Below are positions 31,115 through 41,617 of a DNA stretch of 64,000 bases, in pieces. Made by a program: the position numbers and the translations under genes. The DNA comes from Gammaproteobacteria bacterium. Lineage in GTDB: Bacteria > Pseudomonadota > Gammaproteobacteria > CAJXQU01. Each line of letters begins with the position of its first letter. The first letter of the stretch is position 1. The stretch lies in contig CBDEGZ010000003.1 of NCBI GenBank assembly GCA_965238175.1, positions 1,440,001 through 1,504,000 on the forward strand, read 5' to 3'. The notes under the pieces are model-generated. The model ran no database searches and was not told the DNA's origin. It saw only the letters and a program-made list of their open reading frames with translations.

Positions 31115-31846
31115 TCAAGGTGATTCAAGGATAATCCAGTCACTGATTACATTTGAAAGAGTTTGTACATTACCCCTATCCGTCTCGATACTTTTTCTCA
31201 CCTGGTAGAAAACCTTTTTTTCCCCTTCACCACTACTTAGGGTGAAGATGGGTGTTTTTTGATAATCTTGCCATTCGGAATCCTTAAAATCTGGATCTTC
31301 ACTAATTCGGTAATGAGTTGGCTGCCCTTGAATTTTAGGACTTAGTACAACTGTTCGGCTACTCGTGTTGCTGTGTCCTTTATCAAGATAAAGTCGGGTA
31401 ATTCTTAAATTGTAGTCAGTTGTTGTATACCCGTCAGGTGCATAATGGGTTTCTGGTGCGGGTGCATTACAAACAGGACCGAAACCGCCGCGAGATGATT
31501 TGATTACTCTGACAAGATCGATATGAATATTATGTAGTGGAACAATGTGTTGAGTCCCTTTACGCTGTTCACCCGAAACGGTCAGTAAGATAGACGTGTT
31601 TGGTAGAGGAGGAAGCGTTACATTACCGTTAGAATCGGTACGAAAAGCGCCAAATTGATTTACATCTGCAGTAGTTCCCGCACAGACGGCAATGTTACTA
31701 AGTGGTTGCGATTTATGCGCATCTTGCACATGAACTTTAAGATTGGCGGCATGTGCATTAGAATTTGTGAGTATTGCAAATATGGCGAACATAGCCAATA
31801 TAGTTGAAGAATTAGAAAGATGATGGAATATTATTTTTTTGAGCAT
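31115..31846 (-). CDS. Exported hypothetical protein with two beta-rich domains
   Basis: Signal peptide ending AHA; TDSNG beta-sandwich-like segment; C-terminal YRISEDPDF..SEW..Y...FTLSSGEG.K.V..QV motif seen in surface proteins. Confidence 0.7.
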   Translation of the reverse strand: MLKKIIFHHLSNSSTILAMFAIFAILTNSNAHAANLKVHVQDAHKSQPLSNIAVCAGTTADVNQFGAFRTDSNGNVTLPPLPNTSILLTVSGEQRKGTQHIVPLHNIHIDLVRVIKSSRGGFGPVCNAPAPETHYAPDGYTTTDYNLRITRLYLDKGHSNTSSRTVVLSPKIQGQPTHYRISEDPDFKDSEWQDYQKTPIFTLSSGEGEKKVFYQVRKSIETDRGNVQTLSNVISDWIILESP

Positions 31847-32063
31847 ATTTATCTCTCTTTAATGATTCTTAAGTAATATTTGAATTGCTCAAGTTCGTAT
31901 TACTTGTACCAGTAATACGCTCTTATTTCTATTCTGCACAACAGGTTGGAGATTAGAGAGCCGAGTTGGGATATTCAATTGTTATTGGACTAACGTCAAT
32001 ATTTTGACGTTAAAGTATGTTACATATCCAATTTTTAGTCAGGCATGTTAGAATTTATTGTTC

Positions 32064-32885
32064 ATGATTCAGTTTCCAGATATTGATCCAATCGCACTAC
32101 AAATAGGCCCTTTGGCGATTCGCTGGTACGGGATTAGTTACCTTGTGGGCATAGGTTTAGCCTGGTTCTTACTAACCTGGCGAGCCAAACACCGCGATGA
32201 TTGGAACAGTGATCAAGTTGCTGATTTGGTTGTTTCTTGTGCATTAGGTGCCGTTCTTGGTGGCCGGATTGGCTATGCCTTTCTATACAAGCTTTCCTCT
32301 TATGCTTCTGATCCGTTATCGATCTTTAAGGTTTGGGAAGGAGGGATGTCGTTCCACGGTGGATTGATGGGTGTATTAATCGCTTTTGCTTTATTTTCCA
32401 GAAAAAATGATAAATCTTTTTTTCAGATTGCCGATTTTGCAGCTCCTGCTGTTCCTGTGGGTTTATTTTTTGGGCGAATCGCAAATTTCATTAATGGGGA
32501 GTTATGGGGAGCACCGACGGATAAACCGTGGGGTGTAATTTTCCCTGGATATGGTGCAGGAGATCAGCCAAGGCACCCGTCACAACTTTATGAAGCAGCA
32601 CTAGAAGGGGTGTTATTGTTTTTGATCTTATGGTTATTCTCGCGCTCAGAACGACCTTTGAGAGCGGTTTCTGGCTTGTTTTTACTCGGCTATGGTTTTT
32701 TCCGTTTCTTAGTGGAATTTGTGCGTGAGCCAGATCCACATGTAGGTTATGTAGCATTTGATTGGGTAACACTAGGGCAGATCTATTCCCTACCTATGAT
32801 TATGGTTGGATTATTTTTATTGTTCCTGGCTTATAGAAACGGGGCCTATAAAAATGAGACAAACAGAAGTAAGGAGAGTTCATAA
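32064..32885 (+). CDS. lgt: Prolipoprotein diacylglyceryl transferase
   Basis: IRWYG, GGRIGY, GGMSFHGG, GRIANFINGELWG, HPSQLYEA. Confidence 0.98.
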   Translation: MIQFPDIDPIALQIGPLAIRWYGISYLVGIGLAWFLLTWRAKHRDDWNSDQVADLVVSCALGAVLGGRIGYAFLYKLSSYASDPLSIFKVWEGGMSFHGGLMGVLIAFALFSRKNDKSFFQIADFAAPAVPVGLFFGRIANFINGELWGAPTDKPWGVIFPGYGAGDQPRHPSQLYEAALEGVLLFLILWLFSRSERPLRAVSGLFLLGYGFFRFLVEFVREPDPHVGYVAFDWVTLGQIYSLPMIMVGLFLLFLAYRNGAYKNETNRSKESS

Positions 32886-33680
32886 GTGCAGCAATATCTG
32901 GATTTATTGAGGCATGTAAGCGATCACGGTGTTGAAAAAGGTGATCGCACAGGAACTGGGACTAAAAGTGTTTTTGGTTATCAAATGCGCTTTGATCTTA
33001 CGCAAGGTTTTCCTGCGGTTACCACAAAAAAAATACACTTTAAATCAATCATTCATGAATTACTTTGGTTTCTCAAAGGTGAAACTAATGTACGTAGTCT
33101 TCAAGAAAATGGTGTAACGATTTGGGACGAATGGGCTGATCAGAATGGTAACTTAGGTCCTGTGTATGGATCGCAGTGGCGATCATGGCCTGCAGCAGAT
33201 AATAATGAAATTGATCAAATTTCTGATCTCATTGATCAAATTAAAAACAATCCTGATTCTCGACGTTTGATTGTTAGTGCCTGGAACGTAGGAGAGCTTA
33301 ACGATATGGCACTTGCTCCTTGTCATGCACTTTTTCAGTTTTATGTAGCGAATGGAAAATTATCTTGTCAGCTCTACCAACGAAGTGCGGATATTTTTCT
33401 CGGTGTACCGTTTAATATTTCGTCTTACGCACTACTGACAATGATGATTGCACAGGTGACAAATCTAAACGTTGGAGAATTTATTCACACGTTGGGTGAT
33501 GCACATATTTATACAAATCACTATGCTCAGGTTGAAAAACAATTGAAGCGTTATCCATTACCCTTACCTGAAATGAAAATCAATCCTGATGTGCGATCAA
33601 TTTTTGATTTTCAATATGATGATTTTGAACTGATTAATTACCAAAGCCATTCTACAATTTCTGCACCTATCGCGGTCTAA
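32886..33680 (+). CDS. thyA: Thymidylate synthase
   Basis: [41 protein letters not shown]. Confidence 0.99.
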   Translation: MQQYLDLLRHVSDHGVEKGDRTGTGTKSVFGYQMRFDLTQGFPAVTTKKIHFKSIIHELLWFLKGETNVRSLQENGVTIWDEWADQNGNLGPVYGSQWRSWPAADNNEIDQISDLIDQIKNNPDSRRLIVSAWNVGELNDMALAPCHALFQFYVANGKLSCQLYQRSADIFLGVPFNISSYALLTMMIAQVTNLNVGEFIHTLGDAHIYTNHYAQVEKQLKRYPLPLPEMKINPDVRSIFDFQYDDFELINYQSHSTISAPIAV

Positions 33681-33682
33681 TT

Positions 33683-34483
33683 ATGAAGTTATCACTAGTC
33701 GTTGCTATGGATGAAAATCGAGTGATTGGACTCAATGGAGGTTTACCCTGGCATCTTTCATCAGACTTGAAATATTTTCGTGATATTACGATGGGTAAGC
33801 CAATTATTATGGGGCGAAAGACGCATCAATCGATAGGTAGACCATTGCCTGGCAGACGAAATATTGTTGTCTCACGCAACCTCAACTTCGAAGCGACAGG
33901 TTGCGATGTCGTAAAATCTATAGAAGCAGCACTAACACTTGTTGAGGATGCCCCAGAAGTTATGATGATCGGCGGTGCTTCTCTCTATGGGGATATTTTA
34001 CCGTTTGTGGATCAACTTTATTTGACAGAAGTGCATGCTGAGGTTGAGGGAGATACTTTATTTCCAGAACTCGATCTTACTGAGTGGAAAGAGATTTCCA
34101 GATCTGCTTTTTCTGCGGATGAAAAAAATGATCAGGACTATAGTTTTGTAGTTTATAAAAAACGTAAGAAAAGGTTTGAACGTGTCGTTGGACTCAATGT
34201 TACTGATGAAGAGAGTTATCAACAATATCGTGACTTGATGACACCAATTTTGAATTCAATAGGTGGAAAGTTCAAATACGATATGAGAGTGAGTGAGTTA
34301 TTAAAAAGTGAATCGGAAAATGCTATCAACAGGGTATTTGTTATTTCGTTTCCTGATGAGAAAACACATGACAATTTTTTTGATCTGGCCGAATATAAAG
34401 CTATAAAAGAAAAGTACTTTAAGCCTGCAGTTGAGAGCGTCACTTTAATATCAAAACATAATACTAAACATAAAAGGCGATAG
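33683..34483 (+). CDS. folA: Dihydrofolate reductase fused to a DUF1330-like domain
   Basis: DHFR motifs (LPWHL..DL..F, MGRKT, RPLPGR.N, IGGA.LY, GDT.FP) up to about 34165, then VGLNVTD...YQQYR..M.PIL...GG.F.YD..V..INRVF.I.FP. Confidence 0.92.
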   Translation: MKLSLVVAMDENRVIGLNGGLPWHLSSDLKYFRDITMGKPIIMGRKTHQSIGRPLPGRRNIVVSRNLNFEATGCDVVKSIEAALTLVEDAPEVMMIGGASLYGDILPFVDQLYLTEVHAEVEGDTLFPELDLTEWKEISRSAFSADEKNDQDYSFVVYKKRKKRFERVVGLNVTDEESYQQYRDLMTPILNSIGGKFKYDMRVSELLKSESENAINRVFVISFPDEKTHDNFFDLAEYKAIKEKYFKPAVESVTLISKHNTKHKRR

Positions 34484-34507
34484 AATTTATATTGTTAATT
34501 ATAATTC

Positions 34508-35683
34508 ATGCAAAATCCATTAATGTTTGGTGAACTAACTGTCGAGGGTTTTCTCGAACAATATTGGCAAAAAAAACCGTTTTTAATCCGACAGGCTTTT
34601 CCCAACATAACACCCTTAATCCCTGCTGATGAACTTGCTGGTTTAGCCTGTGAAGAAGGTGTTGAATCTCGTTTAATTATCCAGCATGAGAATGGAAAGG
34701 ATTGGGATCTTCAACAGGCTCCTTTTAGTGACGAGAAGTTTTCGGAATTATCCCAATTATCATCTGATTCGAATTGGACATTGCTTGTACAAGCAGTCGA
34801 TCATTGGATCCCGGTAGCAGCAGAATTTCTACAACAATTTAATTTTATCCCTAACTGGCGAATTGATGATCTTATGATCAGTTATGCTAATGACGGTGGT
34901 GGTGTTGGTCCTCATTACGATAACTATGATGTATTTTTACTTCAGGTTGAAGGACAAAGACGTTGGGAAATTGGAGGGAACTTTGATCAAAATTCCTCTC
35001 GTCGTACGGATACAGATGTACTGATTCTTGATCAATTCAACAGTGAGAAAAGTTGGGTTTTAGAGCCTGGTGATATGCTTTATTTACCGCCACAGCTTGG
35101 GCACAACGGTGTTGCTGTTGGGGATGGTTGTATAACATACTCGGTTGGATTTCGAGCACCATCTCACAGTGAGTTGTTGACTGGTTTTGCAGATGCGATG
35201 ACAGATCATTTAAGTAATGAAGATCGTTATACTGATCCTGATCTTAAATTACAGAGTAATGCGGGTGAAATTTCATTACCAACATTACAAAATATTCAAA
35301 AAACATTGAGTGAATACTCACAGAATGATGAGCTTGTAGCAGAGTGGTTTGGTCGATTTGTGACCGAACTAAAATACAAGAATGTTCTTGAGCAGAATGT
35401 GAAATGCACCATAGAAGATTTGATCCAACATCAGAAAGAAGGCGGTTATATATCGCGTAATGAAGGATCTCGATTTGCTTTTGTAAAACAACAACAACAG
35501 ATCAGCTTATTTGTAGACGGTAATCATTTTGAATGTGATCATGAAATGATGTGGCTTATCGAGTTGCTTTGTGAAACAACACAATTTGATTTAATGCTTT
35601 TTGAGGCTGATCAAAAAAGTCTTTTATTGTTAAGAGATCTGATAGAGCAGGGTAGCCTTTATCCCTTTATTCCTGAACAATAA
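34508..35683 (+). CDS. roxA: JmjC/cupin ribosomal protein uL16 hydroxylase (RoxA/YcfD family)
   Basis: YWQKKP, WTLLVQAVD, WRIDDLMISYA..GGGVGPHYDNYDVFLLQ, PGDMLYLPP, YSVGFRAP. Confidence 0.92.
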   Translation: MQNPLMFGELTVEGFLEQYWQKKPFLIRQAFPNITPLIPADELAGLACEEGVESRLIIQHENGKDWDLQQAPFSDEKFSELSQLSSDSNWTLLVQAVDHWIPVAAEFLQQFNFIPNWRIDDLMISYANDGGGVGPHYDNYDVFLLQVEGQRRWEIGGNFDQNSSRRTDTDVLILDQFNSEKSWVLEPGDMLYLPPQLGHNGVAVGDGCITYSVGFRAPSHSELLTGFADAMTDHLSNEDRYTDPDLKLQSNAGEISLPTLQNIQKTLSEYSQNDELVAEWFGRFVTELKYKNVLEQNVKCTIEDLIQHQKEGGYISRNEGSRFAFVKQQQQISLFVDGNHFECDHEMMWLIELLCETTQFDLMLFEADQKSLLLLRDLIEQGSLYPFIPEQ

Positions 35684-35704
35684 GACTAAGCATAAATTTA
35701 AGAG

Positions 35705-35730
35705 CTTGAATTTAAAAATAGTATCCATAT
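35705..35730 (+). promoter_or_regulatory. Possible sigma32 promoter of lon
   Basis: CTTGAA-N12-ATCCATAT; the spacer is 2 nt shorter than at grpE and dnaK. Confidence 0.4.
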
Positions 35731-35817
35731 GTATAGGGAGACAATTGAAATGACAAAATGTCTCGATCGCATAATTTTTACAGAACAATGTCATGTTACT
35801 AAAACAGGAAGCCATTT

Positions 35818-38163
35818 GTGAGCAAAGTAGACATTACCTATTCCCCAGAATTACTCCCCGCTGTACCAGAAGATGTTTTGATCATCGTACCGGTTAGAAA
35901 TCTGGTTATGTTCCCGGGTGTGATGATGCCAATGCAGGTTGGCCGTGAATTTTCTATTGCGGGTATTGAAGAAGCGTTTGAAAGCAAGCGACGGATTGGA
36001 TTGTTGATGCAACGAGATCCAGAGGTTGAAAAACCGGGGTTAGATGATCTACATACTATTGGTACATCGGCAACCATTCTTCGTTATGCAAGCAACCCTC
36101 AAGGTGATACCTATCATGTAATCTCTCAGGGGGAACAAAGATTCCGGATTTTAGAGCTGATAGAAGGTAATCCTTTCATGTTGGCGCGAGTTGATTATAT
36201 TCGCGAAAACGATGAGATGAATACCGAAATTGAGGCGCGAGTGCACCGCCTTAAAACATTAGCACTAGAAGGACTTGAATTATTGCCGACAGCACCGATG
36301 GAGCTTTCTAATGCCATTCAGAGTATTACATCACCTTCCGATCTGACAGATATTGTAGCCAGTTTTATTGATATAGAAGCGGATGATAAGCAAGATATTC
36401 TAGAGACGCTTGATCTTAAGGTCCGCTTAAACAAAGTGATCAAACATGTGAGTCATCGTGTTGAAGTGTTACGGATCTCAAATAATATCCATGAAAAAAC
36501 TCAAGAGAAGATCACTGATCGTCAGCGCGAATTTATGTTGCGTGAGCAAATGGAAGAGATCAAAAAAGAACTCGGTGAAGATGAAGGATCAGAAATAGAA
36601 GAAATCGAAATTGCGATTGCAAATGCCGAAATGCCAGAGCATGCAGAAGAACAGGCGCTAAAAGAATTACGACGTCTGGAAAGAATGTCCGAGGCTTCAT
36701 CTGAATATTCAATGAGTCGAACTTATCTTGATTGGCTCGTCGAATTACCATGGAGCAAGCTGGACGAAGAACAAATTGATATCGAAAAAGCTGCAAAAAT
36801 ATTAGACGAAGATCATTATGGTTTGAGCAAGATCAAAAAGCGTATTCTTGAGTATCTTGCGGTACGTAAGTTGAATCCTGATGGTCGAAGTCCGATCTTA
36901 TGTTTTGTAGGGCCTCCTGGTGTTGGAAAAACCTCACTCGGGAAAAGTATTGCACGGGCGATTGGTCTGGAATTTATTCGATCCAGTTTAGGTGGGGTGC
37001 ATGACGAGTCTGAAATAAGGGGGCATCGACGAACCTATGTGGGAGCGATGCCGGGGAAAATTATCCAGAACTTGCGTAAAGCTGGAACACGGAACCCGAT
37101 CTTTATGCTGGATGAAATGGATAAGCTTTCTTCAAGTTATCATGGTGATCCATCATCAGCATTATTGGAAGTGTTGGATCCACAACAAAATACAAGCTTT
37201 GAAGATAATTATCTGGGGCTACCTTTTGATCTAAGTAAAGTGTTGTTTATTAGTACCGCAAATGCACTCCATCAAATTCCAGGACCATTACGCGATCGCA
37301 TGGAAGTGATCGAATTAAATGGTTATACCGCTGAAGAGAAATATAACATTGCAAAAAAATATCTGGTGAAACGTCAGATTAAACAAAATGGTTTGAAAAC
37401 CAGCCAGGTTTCTTTAACGGCGAAGGCACTTAAAAAAATTATTGAAGGCTATACACGGGAAGCAGGTTGTCGTGGATTAGAGCGTCAGATCGGTTCTGTT
37501 TTTAGAAGTGCCGCAGTCAAGGTGGCTCAGGGAGAAACTAAAAAGATCAAAATTGATGAGGGTGATCTTCATGAGATCCTTGGTGCTCAAAAGTTTGAAA
37601 GTGAACTTGCAATGCGAACAGGTGTTCCCGGTGTTGCAACAGGGCTTGCATGGACACCCGTTGGTGGCGATATTTTATTTATCGAAGCGACAAAAACACC
37701 TGGGAAGGGCATATTAATTTTGACCGGGCAATTGGGTAATGTAATGAAAGAAAGTGCCCAGGCTGCATTTACATTGGTAAAATCTAGACATGAAGAATTA
37801 GGTATTGATAAAGAAATTTTAGAGAAAAATGATATTCATGTACATGTGCCAGCAGGCGCAATTCCAAAAGATGGTCCAAGTGCCGGTGTCGCAATGTTTT
37901 TAGCGTTAGTGTCTCTACTAAAAGATAAAAAGATCAAAAAAGATGTGGCGATGACAGGGGAAATTAGTTTACGTGGACTTGTGTTGCCTATTGGTGGGTT
38001 GAAAGAAAAATGTATCGCGGCTGCCAGAGCGGGAATTAAAACCGTTATGATCCCTAAGCGTAATGAACGTGATATTGAAGAAATTCCAGAATCAGCAAGA
38101 AAAAGGCTTAAGTTTGTCGTTCTGGAAAATGTTGATGAGGCATTGAGAGTTGCACTAGGTTAA
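35818..38163 (+). CDS. lon: ATP-dependent protease La
   Basis: LON N-domain, GPPGVGKTS, RGHRRTYVGAMPG, LDEMDK, PKDGPSAG, IGGLKEK. Confidence 0.98.
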   Translation: MSKVDITYSPELLPAVPEDVLIIVPVRNLVMFPGVMMPMQVGREFSIAGIEEAFESKRRIGLLMQRDPEVEKPGLDDLHTIGTSATILRYASNPQGDTYHVISQGEQRFRILELIEGNPFMLARVDYIRENDEMNTEIEARVHRLKTLALEGLELLPTAPMELSNAIQSITSPSDLTDIVASFIDIEADDKQDILETLDLKVRLNKVIKHVSHRVEVLRISNNIHEKTQEKITDRQREFMLREQMEEIKKELGEDEGSEIEEIEIAIANAEMPEHAEEQALKELRRLERMSEASSEYSMSRTYLDWLVELPWSKLDEEQIDIEKAAKILDEDHYGLSKIKKRILEYLAVRKLNPDGRSPILCFVGPPGVGKTSLGKSIARAIGLEFIRSSLGGVHDESEIRGHRRTYVGAMPGKIIQNLRKAGTRNPIFMLDEMDKLSSSYHGDPSSALLEVLDPQQNTSFEDNYLGLPFDLSKVLFISTANALHQIPGPLRDRMEVIELNGYTAEEKYNIAKKYLVKRQIKQNGLKTSQVSLTAKALKKIIEGYTREAGCRGLERQIGSVFRSAAVKVAQGETKKIKIDEGDLHEILGAQKFESELAMRTGVPGVATGLAWTPVGGDILFIEATKTPGKGILILTGQLGNVMKESAQAAFTLVKSRHEELGIDKEILEKNDIHVHVPAGAIPKDGPSAGVAMFLALVSLLKDKKIKKDVAMTGEISLRGLVLPIGGLKEKCIAAARAGIKTVMIPKRNERDIEEIPESARKRLKFVVLENVDEALRVALG

Positions 38164-38201
38164 AATATTTTTATAACGTTTAAAAATGCAAAGCTATCAG
38201 A

Positions 38202-39713
38202 TCAGCCAAGTTCAGTTACTGTTTCTAATTTATCAAAACGTGAGACCTGGTTTCTGCCATTTTCTTTTGAATTATACAATGCAAGATCAGCTTGATTAAC
38301 AAGGAATGATGGATCATCAGCACCTAATAATGAAGAAGAAACACCAAGGCTAGAGGTAACCATCCTACCGGGAATAACATAGACTTCATTTTTGATCGTC
38401 GAAGTAATATTTCTTCTAATTCGCTCGGCAATTTGTGTTGCTTCTCTTAATGTAATACCTGGCATAAGAATACAAAATTCTTCACCACCATAACGGCAAA
38501 CATAATCTTTTTCTCTGACAGAAGCTGCTAGTGTTTGTGCCACTTTCTGTATCACAGTATCACCAGCACTATGGCCAAAGTCGTCATTGATGCTTTTAAA
38601 ATGATCTAGATCGGCCATGATGCAACAGAGTTCTTGTTCCTTTGAATTTTCAAAAACTTCTTCAAAAATTTCGAAAAATGCACGACGGTTCAGACAACCT
38701 GTTAATGGATCTGTCGATGCTAACAATAGTAACTTTTCATTAGTCTTTTCTATTTCTGATTGTGATTTTTTCAATTCGTGCATGGTACGTTTCAGCTGGA
38801 AATTTTTTTCTTCAAGATCGGAGACATCATCAAATGTCGCAAGAGCTCCTTTTTGTTTTCTGTTTGCATCTAGAATGGGAGTGCTGTTGATGGATAGCGT
38901 TCTTAATCCTTCAGGTGTATTTAATTTTAAATGTGTACCGGTTACTTGTGTGGCACCACTCAACGTTTTCTGCCATGGAAATATCAGATTCTTATCTGTT
39001 TTTCGTTTAGTATGCCAGCTAAGTTCTGACACTTTTTTTCCTAGCAAATTATCTGATTTTTCACCCGTTTTTAAAGAGAAAGCCGTATTAGCTAATACGA
39101 TTCTTTCATTTTCATCCATTAAAATCAGACCTTCAGTTAGTGTGTCGAGTACAAGTTTCACTCGATCTGGAATGATGGATGCTGGATCAAGATGTTGCAG
39201 TATTTTCCTCATAAACATCAATAATGTAAAAAATCCTAAGATGGCGACAAATAGAATTATTTTTATAATGGGTGGTATCGTAATCCCATATAACTGATTA
39301 TTTTGAAGCGGCGCAAATGATATTTCGATAGTACCCCACAAAGTATTATCTCTTTGTAGTGGAATTTTGACTTGGGATATCGATAGTTTACTATCCGTTG
39401 GGGGGGACCAGTATTTTTCATGATCCCCGGTATTGACCAACAAGGATCCATCGATTTTTCTAATAGCAATAGATTTTACATCCTCATAAATTTTTTGAAG
39501 GGAATGAGCATAGTTTTTCATTGATTTCAGATCATTATTTTGCTCAGAATAGGAAATCTGAACAGCAAGAGTCTCAATGATTTTTTCTCGGTTTTCTAAT
39601 TCGACTTTTGCAGTATCAGGAATCATTCCTAACAAACCTGCAAGGACAAGAATACTGACGATCATAAATATCAGCCAAATACTCACACGCATTGCTCGAG
39701 TCATAGCTTTCAT
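38202..39713 (-). CDS. Membrane sensor diguanylate cyclase (periplasmic domain, PAS, GGDEF)
   Basis: Two TMs, PAS, TDPLTG..NRR, DLDHFK.IND..GH..GD, RxxD I-site (REKD), YGGEEF. Confidence 0.93.
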   Translation of the reverse strand: MKAMTRAMRVSIWLIFMIVSILVLAGLLGMIPDTAKVELENREKIIETLAVQISYSEQNNDLKSMKNYAHSLQKIYEDVKSIAIRKIDGSLLVNTGDHEKYWSPPTDSKLSISQVKIPLQRDNTLWGTIEISFAPLQNNQLYGITIPPIIKIILFVAILGFFTLLMFMRKILQHLDPASIIPDRVKLVLDTLTEGLILMDENERIVLANTAFSLKTGEKSDNLLGKKVSELSWHTKRKTDKNLIFPWQKTLSGATQVTGTHLKLNTPEGLRTLSINSTPILDANRKQKGALATFDDVSDLEEKNFQLKRTMHELKKSQSEIEKTNEKLLLLASTDPLTGCLNRRAFFEIFEEVFENSKEQELCCIMADLDHFKSINDDFGHSAGDTVIQKVAQTLAASVREKDYVCRYGGEEFCILMPGITLREATQIAERIRRNITSTIKNEVYVIPGRMVTSSLGVSSSLLGADDPSFLVNQADLALYNSKENGRNQVSRFDKLETVTELG

Positions 39714-40362
39714 TGGCTATTGATATTTTTTTTCATAATTTAAACTATATTTAATATAGGCCTAATAGTAGTTTTCGTCACTTTTAGCTTTTTGTTGACT
39801 CTTTTTTTGTTTTTATCATCAACATCATTCTTTTTTAGAAGTAAGAACGGGCATTGGATCAAACCACTTCCGTGCGGGCAATGCTCCAAGAATACTTGTC
39901 TTTCAGGGGCTTACCTGCAAAAGAAACTTTAAAATTGCTCCGGCTTTCCCATGCTTTCTTAAAGATTAGTGGTTTAACATTTTCGATCCCTTTCAGCGCT
40001 GGGTAGTGGTCTAATCTTGAATTGAAGCATTGACAATACTTATCGCATCATCACTCAGCGCTCAAAAGGCAACACCAGCAGGTTTTAGGCAGGAACGCGA
40101 GCAGTTGATTTGAAAATGAACAATTCCTGATTGGCTATAGAAGGCACATAGAAAAATAATGTCGAGTTTTCTACTTGATAAACCTCTTAAGAGGAGTATT
40201 TCTGTCATAAACACACATTAAAGTTCTGACATGAACTAACCGATAGTAGTACTGGAGGGCTTCTTTTCGTGTAGGCCTCCCTTCTGATATCGAAAAGGAT
40301 GTTCTTCATAGAGCATTTGTGTTGTCAACCATGTGTAACAAATATTATGACTATGTGATGAA

Positions 40363-41532
40363 ATGGACTTCATAAATATAAAAAAAATAGGTTTGCAAGA
40401 ATTTCATTCGCTCAAATCAGAGTGGCAACTATTGCTTTCTGGTTCTAAGGCTGATTGCTACTTTTTCACCTATGATTGGCTGTCGGTATGGGCTAAGCAT
40501 TTTAAGGCTAGTTCAGAACCTTATATTTTGATCGCAAGAGGAGCGGAAAGTGGTGATTTGTTGGGAACAATACCTCTTGCTATCGAAACAACACATAATC
40601 AAATTGGCTTGCCTATTAAAAAACTAAGTCTGATGGGAAATGGCAGTACAGAAGTTGATCACCTTGATTTTATTATCAAAAAAGGTTTTGAAGCCGAGGT
40701 CTCAAAGGCATTTGTAGGCTATCTCCAAAAACAGAAAGGGCATTGGGATATTCTTTTTTTAGATGGTTTAGCAAACTCCTCATTAGCTTTTAAGACTTTA
40801 GTTGAAAATTTTCATACGAAACAAGTTTTGACATATACTGAATCTTGTCCTTATTTATCCTTACCAGAAAGTTGGGAATCATTGAGGCAGACGCTTGGTA
40901 AGAACATGCGTTATAACCTTGGTAGATATAAACGTAAGTTAGAAAAGGCTTATTCTGGAAAGATTGAGTTTAAACTTGTTGAGAGTATCGAAACGCTTAA
41001 CGAGGTCCTCCCTAAATTGTACTCTTATCATCACTTTCTACAGCAAGCCAAAAACGGTGAAAGTGGTATTTTCGAGGATGATCACGTTGCAGATTTTCAT
41101 ACAGAATTGAGTAAGGTAGCAATGCGTTCAGATCAGTTAAGGCTATATTATCTATCTATCGATAGTCAGATCGTTGCAGTACTGTACTGTTTTAAATATA
41201 AGGATTCGGTACTTTTCTACCAAGCTGCTTATGACCTTAATTGGAAGAAATATAGTCCTGGTAGACTGTTGCTGGCCTATGTGATTGAGGCTTCTATTGC
41301 AGAAGGTGCCATGGAGTTTGACTTTCTTCGAGGGGATGAAAGTTATAAATCATCCTGGACATCTGATTCACGAATAGAAACCAGAATTTACGTGGCAGGT
41401 TCCACTAGAGGATATATAACTTTGCTCCCACAGTTAATGAGAGAAAAAATAAAAAGTCTACTTAGCACAGGGGTTGGATTAACCTTTGTAAGGTTTATTA
41501 ATCCTAAACTGGCAGAAAGAATTTCTCTTTGA
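40363..41532 (+). CDS. GNAT acetyltransferase (CelD/BcsL-like)
   Basis: F.T.DW...W, CPYL.LP.SWE, K.MR.N..R..RKL, YSPG.LL, FDFLRGDE.YK..W. Confidence 0.85.
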   Translation: MDFINIKKIGLQEFHSLKSEWQLLLSGSKADCYFFTYDWLSVWAKHFKASSEPYILIARGAESGDLLGTIPLAIETTHNQIGLPIKKLSLMGNGSTEVDHLDFIIKKGFEAEVSKAFVGYLQKQKGHWDILFLDGLANSSLAFKTLVENFHTKQVLTYTESCPYLSLPESWESLRQTLGKNMRYNLGRYKRKLEKAYSGKIEFKLVESIETLNEVLPKLYSYHHFLQQAKNGESGIFEDDHVADFHTELSKVAMRSDQLRLYYLSIDSQIVAVLYCFKYKDSVLFYQAAYDLNWKKYSPGRLLLAYVIEASIAEGAMEFDFLRGDESYKSSWTSDSRIETRIYVAGSTRGYITLLPQLMREKIKSLLSTGVGLTFVRFINPKLAERISL

Positions 41533-41617
41533 ACTAATTGTTTCTTGCGGTAAGTTTGTAGCTCATATGTAGCTATTTAGGGTAGGATCGCATTGAATTA
41601 TTTTTTGGGGCATCAAT

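Noticed and set aside
38617-39297. 226-aa plus-strand ORF and the many other short antisense or overlapping ORFs in the track
   Set aside because: They are shadows of well-supported genes on the other strand or frame, with no motifs or RBS.
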